A stretch of DNA of 64,000 nt, from contig JALHOM010000001.1 in NCBI GenBank assembly GCA_022842995.1, forward strand, positions 77,985 through 141,984. The letters run 5' to 3'. Both the position numbers and the translations under genes were made by a program. This document shows positions 9,958 through 19,181 of this stretch, piece by piece. The stretch comes from Candidatus Saccharimonadota bacterium (lineage in GTDB: Bacteria > Patescibacteriota > Saccharimonadia > Saccharimonadales > 2-12-FULL-41-12). Each line of letters starts with the position of its first letter. Within the stretch, counting starts at the first letter, position 1. The notes beneath the pieces are model-generated. The model searched no databases, was not told the DNA's origin, and saw nothing but the letters and a program-made list of their open reading frames with translations.

Positions 9958-10482
9958 TCAGGCTGTTTTTACGCCAGGAAGGACCATCATTCGAGTCCCT
10001 GGATCATTAATGGTACTCAGACTCACAGGGTCAAGATTTGGTAACCAAGGTTCTCTGTTTCCTATTTTGTGATCCAATAATTGAGCGGCAAGTTTTTCTA
10101 GTTGGCTGGCTTGCACACTATCAAACCCATCGGAAATCTCAGGATTTTGGCCTGGCGCATCCCCCAGCTTATAGCGTACAACAGGAACGGATTTAAAAAC
10201 TTGCACCAGACCATCGGCGCCTAGTTCAACATCAACAATATTTACCAATAATTCTTCACGGCCGTGCCCATCTTCTGTTTCTTCAGGTCGAATATATCGC
10301 CGAGCAATTACCGGCCTGACTTGGGGGTTCTCTTTTAAATCAACGTTCGTAGCGTTTTCTACAGAGCCGAGTACCCCCGACTGTCGTAGTTCTTTGGCGA
10401 TGACTAGCTGGACATCCAAAAGATCAAATCTCTGGTCTTGAATTGCTGGAATTTCTCGTTTTACTGTTTGTTTTTCTGGCAT
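9958..10482 (-). CDS. Orphan hypothetical protein
   Basis: 174-aa ORF with its own consensus promoter immediately upstream. Confidence 0.65.
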   Translation of the reverse strand: MPEKQTVKREIPAIQDQRFDLLDVQLVIAKELRQSGVLGSVENATNVDLKENPQVRPVIARRYIRPEETEDGHGREELLVNIVDVELGADGLVQVFKSVPVVRYKLGDAPGQNPEISDGFDSVQASQLEKLAAQLLDHKIGNREPWLPNLDPVSLSTINDPGTRMMVLPGVKTA

Positions 10483-10491
10483 TATGCAATA

Positions 10492-10520
10492 ATTATATAT
10501 TACTTATGCTTATTTGTCAA
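10492..10520 (-). promoter_or_regulatory. Sigma-70 promoter with AAGCATAAG spacer motif
   Basis: TTGACA-aataagcataagtaata-TATAAT (17-bp spacer). Confidence 0.75.
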
Positions 10521-10532
10521 TTCTATTGTTAT

Positions 10533-11096
10533 CTAGAATAATCGCTCTTCTTCTCCGTAGGTCGGTTCCTGAGGCTCTTGGATATCAGGCTTTTCTGGTT
10601 TGGCATGTAGCATTTCACCAAGAGTTAATGACGTCATAAAGGGCGGCACCTCAAAGTAATTCCCTGGATTTTCGCAGGTACTTAATATAGCCACAAGAGG
10701 AATCGGGTAACCTTGGACGAATCGATAATAATCCGTCAAGCCAGGTTTTTCTTCATCTAAGAAACTACCCGCTAGATCTACTAGGCCTCTACCGACGGTT
10801 CGCAAACGGTGGATAGAATTGAAGTAATTTTCTAAACTTGACCCAAAAACGGCACGATCCGGACCTTCAGCCAAAGCCAACGCAACCTCAACTGCTTCAA
10901 GATGTCGTGCTTCAGCTTGCTCTGCATTATCCAGCGATGACCCCCACTGATGCTCCGGCAGTCCTGAGCCTCTTACCTCGAGCATCCTTAGTATGCTATT
11001 AAATGCCCGCTTAGATAGGTATTTATCCGACCCGTGAACTGGATTGTAATATCCGTTGGTTTTTAATTCTCCCATTGAGTTTGATGGTAGCAACAA
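10533..11096 (-). CDS. Orphan hypothetical protein
   Basis: 187-aa ORF filling the gap between ABC-F and the next orphan; start uncertain. Confidence 0.55.
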   Translation of the reverse strand: MLLPSNSMGELKTNGYYNPVHGSDKYLSKRAFNSILRMLEVRGSGLPEHQWGSSLDNAEQAEARHLEAVEVALALAEGPDRAVFGSSLENYFNSIHRLRTVGRGLVDLAGSFLDEEKPGLTDYYRFVQGYPIPLVAILSTCENPGNYFEVPPFMTSLTLGEMLHAKPEKPDIQEPQEPTYGEEERLF

Positions 11097-11162
11097 GCAA
11101 ACGGGCTGGGTAGGTTTTGGTGTAAATTAGACCGTCTTAGACCGCTACCTCTGTCGACTTTT

Positions 11163-12827
11163 TCATGATTCCGACGACACTATGTCGATCTGCTCGGCCT
11201 TTATTTTGGCGGTGAAATAGCTATCGTGTGAGACATAGATGATCGCACCACTGTAGCGAGCGAGAGCAGTTTCTAGCTCTTCGACGCTCGGTAGATCGAG
11301 ATGGTTTGTTGGTTCGTCCAATATCAAGATTTGCGGATCGTCGGCCAGCATACTGATCAGTTGGAAACGAGCTTTTTGGCCGCCAGACAGTTGTTCGAGC
11401 AGTAATTGAGCATCTCCTTGAGGATGAAACAAGTAGTCGCTGAGTAGTTGCCTAACCCGCTGATCGCTAGAATTAACACCCTTTTGCAGTAGCACCTTCT
11501 CTACCGCATCAAACAACGTCATTTCCAGCATTTGAGGCGCAATTTCTTGCTCGTAAACACCTATGCGAAGCTCTTTTTCTACGACGATATGACCTGCAAA
11601 TTTAGTGCACGGCAGTTCTTTGCCTCGGTGCTGAGACAAAATTGCTTTTATGAGCGTGGTTTTTCCGGCGCCGTTACGACCATGCAGTCGCAAACGATCA
11701 CCTTCGCGTAACTGAAACGAAATCCCTTCAAACAACGGCGCTTCATATCCCAGGCTGAGTTCGTGTGCCTCGATCAGCAGACGCGACCCATTTGTCGTAG
11801 ATTTTTTGGTGTTGATCTTGATGTTTTTGGCTTTGTGCTTGTCGTAAGAGCCGGTAATTTTATCGTTCATGCCCTGCAAAGATTCTTGGTCGATCCAGAA
11901 ACTTGGTTTATCGAGTTGCTGTAAACGTGCCAGGTCGTCTCGGGCGCGCTGTTCTTGACCCTTAAAACGCTTGATGGTGTCTGGGTCCCTAGCCCGCTCT
12001 TTGAGCCTCTGAAAGCGAATAACATCGTTTTTTAGATTGGTTATGCGACTCTGGGTTACTTCGTATTCGTTCACTTCGGAAACAATTTTATTGGCATTTG
12101 TCCGTAAATAATCGTCATAATTCCCCGAAAAACTCAGGGCTCGGCCATCACGAATCTCGATAATCCTATCAACTTCGTGAAGGACGTCTCGGTCATGAGT
12201 TATCACTAATACTGCTGCTTGCTCGAGCCTGAGCCAGTCGATAAATTTATCTTTGGCGGCATAATCCATATGGTTGGTCGGCTCATCGATCAAAACAAGC
12301 TCGGCGTTGGCGTGCTGGATTTTTACCAGCTCAACAAATCTTTTCTGGCCACCAGATAACCGTCCGAGGGAACCTCTAATCTGTTCTTCAGATAGTTGAT
12401 AGGCCTCCAGACTCTGAACGATCTCACTTTCAACCATGAAATAACCAAGCGTATTAAATTGCTCTAGCGCCTCGCTGAACTCATTCATTTTCCTGACGCT
12501 CGTTCCCATGGTTTCGGGATACGTGTCGATAATGTGTTTTAGTTTCGTATACTGCGGAAGGTCGTCGAGGATATATTCCATGACCGGAGTATTTTCGTAC
12601 GCCTGGTGCTCTTGCCGAGAAGAGACAATGATGAGATTTTTGCGGAACTTAATTTCCCCGCTGTAGTCTTGGTCGGCGCCATTTAACATACTAAATAAGG
12701 TACTTTTGCCGGTACCGTTTCGACCAACCACGCCTATTTTTTCTTTGGCTTGAATCGATAATTTCAGGTCCCGGTACAGTACTTTTGGACCAAACGACTT
12801 CTCGAGGATTTCTATATCGGCAATCAC
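11163..12827 (-). CDS. ABC-F family ATPase
   Basis: Two NBDs (GRNGTGKS/GRNGAGKT, LSGGQ, DEPTNH), no TM segments. Confidence 0.93.
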   Translation of the reverse strand: MIADIEILEKSFGPKVLYRDLKLSIQAKEKIGVVGRNGTGKSTLFSMLNGADQDYSGEIKFRKNLIIVSSRQEHQAYENTPVMEYILDDLPQYTKLKHIIDTYPETMGTSVRKMNEFSEALEQFNTLGYFMVESEIVQSLEAYQLSEEQIRGSLGRLSGGQKRFVELVKIQHANAELVLIDEPTNHMDYAAKDKFIDWLRLEQAAVLVITHDRDVLHEVDRIIEIRDGRALSFSGNYDDYLRTNANKIVSEVNEYEVTQSRITNLKNDVIRFQRLKERARDPDTIKRFKGQEQRARDDLARLQQLDKPSFWIDQESLQGMNDKITGSYDKHKAKNIKINTKKSTTNGSRLLIEAHELSLGYEAPLFEGISFQLREGDRLRLHGRNGAGKTTLIKAILSQHRGKELPCTKFAGHIVVEKELRIGVYEQEIAPQMLEMTLFDAVEKVLLQKGVNSSDQRVRQLLSDYLFHPQGDAQLLLEQLSGGQKARFQLISMLADDPQILILDEPTNHLDLPSVEELETALARYSGAIIYVSHDSYFTAKIKAEQIDIVSSES

Positions 12828-13531
12828 GGGACCAAGACTATTTTTTCTGCGCTGACATCGGGCACATTACAGGACTCATCGACACTATATTCGGCTACTT
12901 TTGTGCGCCGCAAGCCCGACAGATACGCTCCTGTTCCTAATTTTTCGCCGATATCTTGCGCCAGACTACGGATATACGTACCGCTGCTGACATGAACCCG
13001 GAAATCAACTTTTGGATAGCTGTAGTCAATGAGCTCAATTGCGAAAATCTCGATAGTCCGTGGCTCTAATTTGACCTCTTTGCCAGCCCGAGCCAAATCA
13101 TACGCCTTTTGACCATTGATCTTAATTGCCGAATACATGGGCGGGGTTTGTAAGCTTTTGCCTAAAAAACTCTTTAAAACAGTGCGTAGTTCTTCGTCTT
13201 TAATCTTTAAACTTGCACCTTTTGTCTTGATACCTTCTTCATCTCCGGTGGTCGAGGTTAAGCCGAGGGTCATTTGCGCTTCGTAGACCTTGTCTGGCTT
13301 AGAAAACTCTTGGGCGCGCTTGCAATACGACCCGACAACCACAATCATTAGGCCACTGGCCAGAGGATCGAGGGTTCCGGTGTGTCCCACTTTGATTTTC
13401 TTTTTTACCCCGAATTCTTCTTGGTACTGCCGACTCAACGCTCCACGGATTTTTGCGACTACATCAAAAGAAGACCAACCAAGTGGCTTGTCGACCAATA
13501 CAATCCCGTCGTAATTACTACTCATATGCAC
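12824..13531 (-). CDS. truB: tRNA pseudouridine(55) synthase
   Basis: KVGHTGTLDPLASG, PPMYSAIKINGQKAY, SGTYIRSLA. Confidence 0.97.
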   Translation of the reverse strand: MHMSSNYDGIVLVDKPLGWSSFDVVAKIRGALSRQYQEEFGVKKKIKVGHTGTLDPLASGLMIVVVGSYCKRAQEFSKPDKVYEAQMTLGLTSTTGDEEGIKTKGASLKIKDEELRTVLKSFLGKSLQTPPMYSAIKINGQKAYDLARAGKEVKLEPRTIEIFAIELIDYSYPKVDFRVHVSSGTYIRSLAQDIGEKLGTGAYLSGLRRTKVAEYSVDESCNVPDVSAEKIVLVP

Positions 13532-13608
13532 CTAAGCCTACCAAAGTAGCGCTTAATCAGCCAACCAAATAGTCGAGTCTGAGCCCAGGGTTCGCCCCGA
13601 GACCCGTC

Positions 13609-15300
13609 CTACATCAATGATGGCGGAGGTGGTAACGGTGGTGGCACCGAAGGAGGAGTCCCCGGCTGACCTGGCAATGCGCCAACCTGAGCTGGCTGAG
13701 GTTGCTGATTCAAATCCGTACCTAAAGGCTGAGCGCCCAACGCGTGGATAGGTTCTGGTCGATAATCGGTTGAGGCTGCAACGGCTCGCTCTACCGCTTC
13801 AGAAGCGTACTGTGGATCGATCTGCTGAGCAGGCATCGGCTCTGGCTGAGGAGACGCTGGAGCTGGTGTATCTTGATACTGCATCACATGAGGGCTGTTG
13901 ACCGATTTCTCGAGGTCAGATAATGTCTGCGGGCCTTCGGCATTCGCAAACTGATCATTCGATGATGATGGCTCGATTCGGTTATGACCATGAGCCTGAG
14001 CTGAAGACGCTGGCGCGGTTAACGGATCTGGTGCGTGAGCATACATTCTGTCGGTGGCTTCGGTGTTAGCGGTTAGTTGACCGCCAAATGTCGGTGGCTC
14101 GAAAATCATAGTTGGACCACTTGTGACTTGCGGCTGTTCAGCTTGATCAACAGCGGCCGGAGCGTCCACTGCCGGTTCTGGCAAATGTAGCTCTGGATCC
14201 TTTGGAGCCTCTGTCATCAGCATGGACTCGGTGGCTGCCACCGGCCTAACCGCGTTTGGTTCGGCCTCTACGCGTGCCTCTTCAATAATTTCTGACATTT
14301 TAGCCAAACGACCGGTGTCGTCGATGTGAATATCGTTCGGATCGTGATCGATCTGAATCACCCCGTCATTGTTTTTTTCTTTGGCCGGTTCTTCGGCTTT
14401 TGGATCATCTGGGGCTTCAGAGGCATTTTCTTCGACAGAATCAGTAGGTTGCTTTGGAGCTTGCTCCGCTTTCGGTGCTTCTTCATGGGATTCTTCTGGC
14501 TTTTCTGGCTCTGGTTCGGGCTCGGGCTCTGGTTCTGGTTCTTCCAGCTTAGAAGACACCAGCTGGTTATTTGCGCCAGCAGCCATCAAAATTCCTGACA
14601 CCGTCATGGTATGCGGTGAGGCTTTTTCGTTCCTAAATCTATCTGTTTCGGACACAATTCCTGTTAATAGAGCCGTGGCAATCTGCTCATCAAACACCGC
14701 TTCATCGATATTTTGCACGAGATCAGAAACAAGCTCACTTAGACTACTCGCCCCTGGTTCGTTCCAGTTGAGTGATCCGAGATCCGATTCTTGGCCATTG
14801 TTAACAGAAATGATGACTGCGTCATGTAAAATTCGCCCATGCGCCACAATTGCGGCATCGAGTTCTGCCCTGCTATGCACGCCCAGCGCCACTACGGCGT
14901 CGACATTAAAATCACCTTGGCTAAACTCTAAATCTTCCGACGTAATACTGGTTTTATACGGAGTAATAAAGATCTTTACGACACTGTCTTCAACTTTATA
15001 GCGAAGTTTGTCGGCCTTGGATTTATCGAGTGAGATGATGAAGTCGCGCAGGCTATCGGTGTTTTTTTCGATAGTTTTTTCTGGCTCAAGAAAGTCGATG
15101 ACCGAAGGAACATCACCGCTAAATACCGCCGTAGCGTGCTTGTCCTTTTTGTTAAGCGCCAAAGTTAATCCAATACAGGCCGCCAGTTGATCCAAGGTCG
15201 GATCTTTGGCGACAGTTACTAATACGTTATTAGCGTCGTTTAAGCTGGTGGCGATATCCCCTACCAGCGAAGAGGTTGAGGGCTGTGTGTTGGGCGGCAT
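13609..15300 (-). CDS. DHH/NrnA-like domain protein (degenerate motifs) with long acidic Pro-rich tail
   Basis: IATALLTGIVSETDRF matches DHH motif IV, but DHH is replaced by VNN; ~300-aa low-complexity C-terminus. Confidence 0.75.
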   Translation of the reverse strand: MPPNTQPSTSSLVGDIATSLNDANNVLVTVAKDPTLDQLAACIGLTLALNKKDKHATAVFSGDVPSVIDFLEPEKTIEKNTDSLRDFIISLDKSKADKLRYKVEDSVVKIFITPYKTSITSEDLEFSQGDFNVDAVVALGVHSRAELDAAIVAHGRILHDAVIISVNNGQESDLGSLNWNEPGASSLSELVSDLVQNIDEAVFDEQIATALLTGIVSETDRFRNEKASPHTMTVSGILMAAGANNQLVSSKLEEPEPEPEPEPEPEKPEESHEEAPKAEQAPKQPTDSVEENASEAPDDPKAEEPAKEKNNDGVIQIDHDPNDIHIDDTGRLAKMSEIIEEARVEAEPNAVRPVAATESMLMTEAPKDPELHLPEPAVDAPAAVDQAEQPQVTSGPTMIFEPPTFGGQLTANTEATDRMYAHAPDPLTAPASSAQAHGHNRIEPSSSNDQFANAEGPQTLSDLEKSVNSPHVMQYQDTPAPASPQPEPMPAQQIDPQYASEAVERAVAASTDYRPEPIHALGAQPLGTDLNQQPQPAQVGALPGQPGTPPSVPPPLPPPPSLM

Positions 15301-15384
15301 TTTTATAGTCTTTTTATTTTGTTAATACTAAGCATAACCGTATCACACTCGCCTCTAAATGTCCAGGGGATCAAAAAACCAAAT

Positions 15385-16542
15385 CTAGTCATCGCCCGGT
15401 TTTAATGCACTGGCAAATTCTGCATTTGCGCCGCCTGCGTGCCATACAAAGAATCCGCCAAGCTGCCCACCCTGATTTAAAGCTTGATCAATAACAGCTC
15501 TTACGACATTCGGACTCGTGCAGCTTGTCCAGGATTTGTTGATTTTCGCGTAACTTGACCCCAGATTTGGGTCATCGATAACTTTTACGCCTGCTTTGAT
15601 AAGTTCAGAGTAGCCAATATCTTCGGTTCGTCCAGCATGATAACTGCCCTTGCTGGTTGCTCCCTTGAATACCCGACAAATTGAATTAAATCCTAGAGAA
15701 ATCTTTTTAGAATCACCGATTTCGTCGATAACGGTCGCCAGATTATTTAAGACGTCTTCCGCATTCGCGACATCACCGGCTTTAGGCGTCCACGACCCCG
15801 AATAGTCATAGCTCATCAGGTGGTATCCGCCGTTACCAATCAATCTGTTCAGCGCTTTAAAATCGTACCCTGCTCTAGATCCATCAAAAGCAGGTATCGC
15901 CAACGTGATTACGGTGTCTGTCGGCAAAGCCGATCTCAACGCAAACATAAATGCCGTAAACTGATTTTTCTGTTCTGCCGCAGGATACTCGAAATCGATA
16001 TCAACCGTTTCATAACCGCCCTCATTTACAGCATTGACGATATCCTGGACCATTCTTTCGGGAGCATCAAGCACTCTGGCCCAATGGGCTTTCAGCTTCT
16101 TGTGCTCTGCCTCATCCTTGCCGTAGCCGCCAACGCCTAAGCCTTTTTTCTTAGCGATTTTGTCGACAACCTCTGTAGCTTGTTGGCTAATTTCTGGCTT
16201 ATCAAGACCGCCTTCAGCATTGGGCACAGCAAAAGACACAATAACAGTATCGTAGGTGTCGTCGGGTAAACCTAAAAGGTCGGCGTAGGAACCCTGTCTG
16301 ACTTCTTCATTCAACCAAGTCGGGAGATAGGCAGTAGTTTGCGACGGAACCTCCGTCTTAACAGTAGAGGCTTGGCCTAATGTAGCATAAGTTGTTGCAG
16401 CAGGATCGGAGTCGGCTTTATTCCCAGACCGATCACCGCAGCCAGCAAGCGCTAAAAATACCGCCGCACCCACAACCGCACCCAACGCCGGTAATTGCCA
16501 GCCTCTCTCTGCCTTACTCTGCAAAGTTGTAATTTTACCCAT
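15385..16542 (-). CDS. GH18 glycoside hydrolase (chitinase-like) lipoprotein
   Basis: Lipobox LAGC; catalytic DIDFEYP (DxDxE), LMSYDYSGSW, GGFFVW. Confidence 0.85.
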   Translation of the reverse strand: MGKITTLQSKAERGWQLPALGAVVGAAVFLALAGCGDRSGNKADSDPAATTYATLGQASTVKTEVPSQTTAYLPTWLNEEVRQGSYADLLGLPDDTYDTVIVSFAVPNAEGGLDKPEISQQATEVVDKIAKKKGLGVGGYGKDEAEHKKLKAHWARVLDAPERMVQDIVNAVNEGGYETVDIDFEYPAAEQKNQFTAFMFALRSALPTDTVITLAIPAFDGSRAGYDFKALNRLIGNGGYHLMSYDYSGSWTPKAGDVANAEDVLNNLATVIDEIGDSKKISLGFNSICRVFKGATSKGSYHAGRTEDIGYSELIKAGVKVIDDPNLGSSYAKINKSWTSCTSPNVVRAVIDQALNQGGQLGGFFVWHAGGANAEFASALKPGDD

Positions 16543-16746
16543 ACACTAAACCTTCTCCGCAATCAATTTATCGTCAAATACCAAACACCAGTGTGAAACT
16601 GTATTTTGTACTATTTTGAATCCTTTGTACATAGCTAAACCCCTGCATCGCAAGAAGTGATAAGCTATAACATATTTACTTTATTTACAACAACCATTAT
16701 AGTGATACAACAGATCAATAAATCAAAAAGGAACTAGTTAAGAACT

Positions 16747-17130
16747 ATGCCTATCATCAAATCAGCGAAAAAACGTGTACGCGTAGCCACCAAGGCTTCG
16801 GCTCGCAACTCAAAAACCAAGCGCAACCTCAAAACTGCAGTGAAGTCACTTCACGCAGCAATCAAAGGTGGCAAAAAGTCTGACGCCGAGCTCAAAAAAG
16901 CTCATAGCGCCATCGACACAGCCGTTAAAAAGAACGTCATTCACAAGAACAAGGCAGCACGCAAGAAAAGCCAGGCAGCAAAAGCAGCCAAAGCTGCAGC
17001 CGGCGTAAGCAAAGCCTCCCCTGCAAAGAAAGCAGTCGCCAAGAAACCTGCAGTTAAAAAAGCAGCTCCTGCCAAAAAAGCAGCTCCGAAGAAGCCGGCT
17101 GCCAAAAAAGCTCCAGCTAAGAAAAAATAA
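16747..17130 (+). CDS. rpsT: 30S ribosomal protein S20 with Lys/Ala/Pro-rich tail
   Basis: MPIIKSAKKRVR...IDTAVKKNVIHKNKAARKKS. Confidence 0.96.
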   Translation: MPIIKSAKKRVRVATKASARNSKTKRNLKTAVKSLHAAIKGGKKSDAELKKAHSAIDTAVKKNVIHKNKAARKKSQAAKAAKAAAGVSKASPAKKAVAKKPAVKKAAPAKKAAPKKPAAKKAPAKKK

Positions 17131-17148
17131 TTCTTACCAGAATGCTCT

Positions 17149-17177
17149 AAACGCCCGTGTCCTCACGGGCGTTTTTT
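17149..17177. terminator. Intrinsic terminator between convergent rpsT and holA
   Basis: AAACGCCCGTG-tcct-CACGGGCGTTTTTT. Confidence 0.85.
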
Positions 17178-17183
17178 AAAGTT

Positions 17184-18101
17184 TTATGCAAGTTTTAGGA
17201 TGGCGAGTTTGAGGGCGTCGTCGAGGTTGTAGGTTTTGTGCTTGGCCGAGTAGTCAATATCGCGCAGCAACTGCAAGTATTCACGAATTTTGTTCACGCC
17301 CATGGAGCGAGCAATTTTCTGAGCCTTGCCTACTACATATGGATTCATTCCTGAGTCACTTGCTACTTTTGAAGCTGGCGCCCCACCGTAGGCCGCACAC
17401 ATTGCCGTGGCATGCATTTGCCAGATAAGCATACCCAAAATTGCCTGGGGTTCTACCTTCTGCGAACGCTGTTCGTCGTATAGTTTCAGCGCCCTGTCAA
17501 TGCGCCCAGAAAAGGCCTCGTCAATGAGGTTAAAAATTGTACTCGTCAGCGTGGGGTCGGTAAGCAGATCGATGTTTGACCTAGTTATTTTTGGTGCATA
17601 GGCAATAAGTTTATCGATTTCGTTCTGTAAATTCCGCTGGTTAGTGCCACAACGTTCCAGGAAATAACCTACGTCAGCAGGCGATATTTCGCCCCCTTTT
17701 GTCGAAACATATTCTTGCACCCATTTTTTGAGCTCGGCCTCATTCATGTCTGACATCTCGACAAATCCCGGCTTTTTTTTGAGCATTTTGTAATATGCCG
17801 AGCGCTTATCGAGCTGGCCCTCTACAATGACGAGGTGCGAATTGTCATCAACCCCTGCCAGTAGTTTTTCTACGGCTTCTTGAAGATCTTTGTTTTCGGA
17901 AGGAGAGGTTAGAAAAATCAACTTATCCTCTGCAAACAATGAAACGCCGGATATCTCAGCCGAGAGATCGCTCGGTGAGCATTCGCTACCCTCTAGGCGA
18001 ATAACCGACAATACGTCGTGAGACGCTAGATACTCGCGCTCGATCTGGCGGACACGTTGACGGATCAAATAAGAATTAGTGCCTGCCAAAATCGTTATCA
18101 T
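17184..18101 (-). CDS. holA: DNA polymerase III delta subunit
   Basis: SLFAEDKLI, NEIDKLIAY, IFNLID; adjacent to rpsT as is typical. Confidence 0.9.
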   Translation of the reverse strand: MITILAGTNSYLIRQRVRQIEREYLASHDVLSVIRLEGSECSPSDLSAEISGVSLFAEDKLIFLTSPSENKDLQEAVEKLLAGVDDNSHLVIVEGQLDKRSAYYKMLKKKPGFVEMSDMNEAELKKWVQEYVSTKGGEISPADVGYFLERCGTNQRNLQNEIDKLIAYAPKITRSNIDLLTDPTLTSTIFNLIDEAFSGRIDRALKLYDEQRSQKVEPQAILGMLIWQMHATAMCAAYGGAPASKVASDSGMNPYVVGKAQKIARSMGVNKIREYLQLLRDIDYSAKHKTYNLDDALKLAILKLA

Positions 18102-18116
18102 ACATCTAGTTTAGCA

Positions 18117-18237
18117 ATAAAGATAAAAGACTAAAGATTAAAGCGGAAAGATGAAAGACCAAAGATTAAAGATTAAAGACAAAAGAGCAAAGATTAAAGA
18201 GAGCTACGGAGCGCTAACTACTATCTTTAATCTTTCG
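18117..18237. repeat. Heptamer (AAAGAyw) tandem repeats with inverted copy
   Basis: TAAAGAT AAAAGAC TAAAGAT ... then ATCTTTAATCTTT; abuts the holA -10 box. Confidence 0.85.
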
Positions 18238-18251
18238 CCTGCCCTAGTAAA

Positions 18252-19181
18252 CTAGGGCAGTTGGCAGTGTGGGCAAACATGAGTTCCCCGCCCGGCTACA
18301 CGTGTTTTTTCGATCACTGCACCGCAACGGGGGCACGGCAATTTTTCCCGGCGAAAAACTCGTGCAAAATCCATGTAACTACCCCTTTTGCCTTCGGCAT
18401 TTACATAATTTCTATCTGTAGAACCGCCTTTTTCTATCGCCAAGTTAAGCACAAACTGCAGCTCACGAAACAACGTTTTTAGCTGAGCGGGCGGAATATC
18501 TTTGACGAGAGTAGTCGGGTGGATTTTTGCGCCCCACAAACTTTCGTCGGCGTAGATATTTCCAACGCCAGCAATGACCGTCTGATCCAAAAGTACAGCC
18601 TTGATGTTGCTGTTTTTACGCCTCATGAGCCTATCTATAAATTGAGTAGCTGTAAAATCTGCATCCAGAGGCTCTGGGCCAACCTTTTTAAAGAAATCGA
18701 GTTCTTCGATAGCAATCGTCGGCATTAACCGCACCCAGCCAAACTTACGAAAATCGTTAAAGTACAGATGAGCACCATTGGCAAACGTGAAGGTTACGCG
18801 CGTACTTTTGTCTGGCAATGAACCAATCAAGGAATCGTTCGGATGCCCTGCACCAAAACGTTCCTCCCCGTCCGTCACATCTTTAATCTTTAAACGTGTG
18901 TCTTTAGTCTTTAATCTTTCGTCTTTCGTCTTCACGTACACCATCTGCCCAGTCATCTTAAGATGAATCACCAGCGAATACTGGGTACTCAAATCAATGA
19001 TCAACACCTTAGCACGACGACGAACGGCCGTAACTTGACTACCAATCAAAAAAGCATCGACATCGGCCTGCGCATTCGGAAAAGACTTCGCCCAATCAAA
19101 ATGCAGGTCTTGGAACGAGAGACCGACGATAAGTTTTCGGAGTCCGATTGCGACTGTTTCTACTTCTGGTAGTTCCGGCAT
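18252..19181 (-). CDS. mutM: Formamidopyrimidine-DNA glycosylase (Fpg) with heptamer-derived insertion
   Basis: MPELPEVE start at 19181 with GAGGAGG SD, HLKMTG, GVGNIYADE, CxxC..CxxC zinc finger; insertion KTKDERLKTKDTRLKIKD. Confidence 0.96.
   Translation of the reverse strand: MPELPEVETVAIGLRKLIVGLSFQDLHFDWAKSFPNAQADVDAFLIGSQVTAVRRRAKVLIIDLSTQYSLVIHLKMTGQMVYVKTKDERLKTKDTRLKIKDVTDGEERFGAGHPNDSLIGSLPDKSTRVTFTFANGAHLYFNDFRKFGWVRLMPTIAIEELDFFKKVGPEPLDADFTATQFIDRLMRRKNSNIKAVLLDQTVIAGVGNIYADESLWGAKIHPTTLVKDIPPAQLKTLFRELQFVLNLAIEKGGSTDRNYVNAEGKRGSYMDFARVFRREKLPCPRCGAVIEKTRVAGRGTHVCPHCQLP

Noticed and set aside
11163..12827. Antibiotic-resistance ABC-F
   Set aside because: Only generic ABC-F motifs are visible; subfamily cannot be assigned without phylogeny
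19096..19181. Functional overlap or fusion of orphan 19096-20127 with mutM
   Set aside because: Different frame; mutM has its own SD and canonical MPELPEVE start, so this is probably stop-codon loss in the orphan
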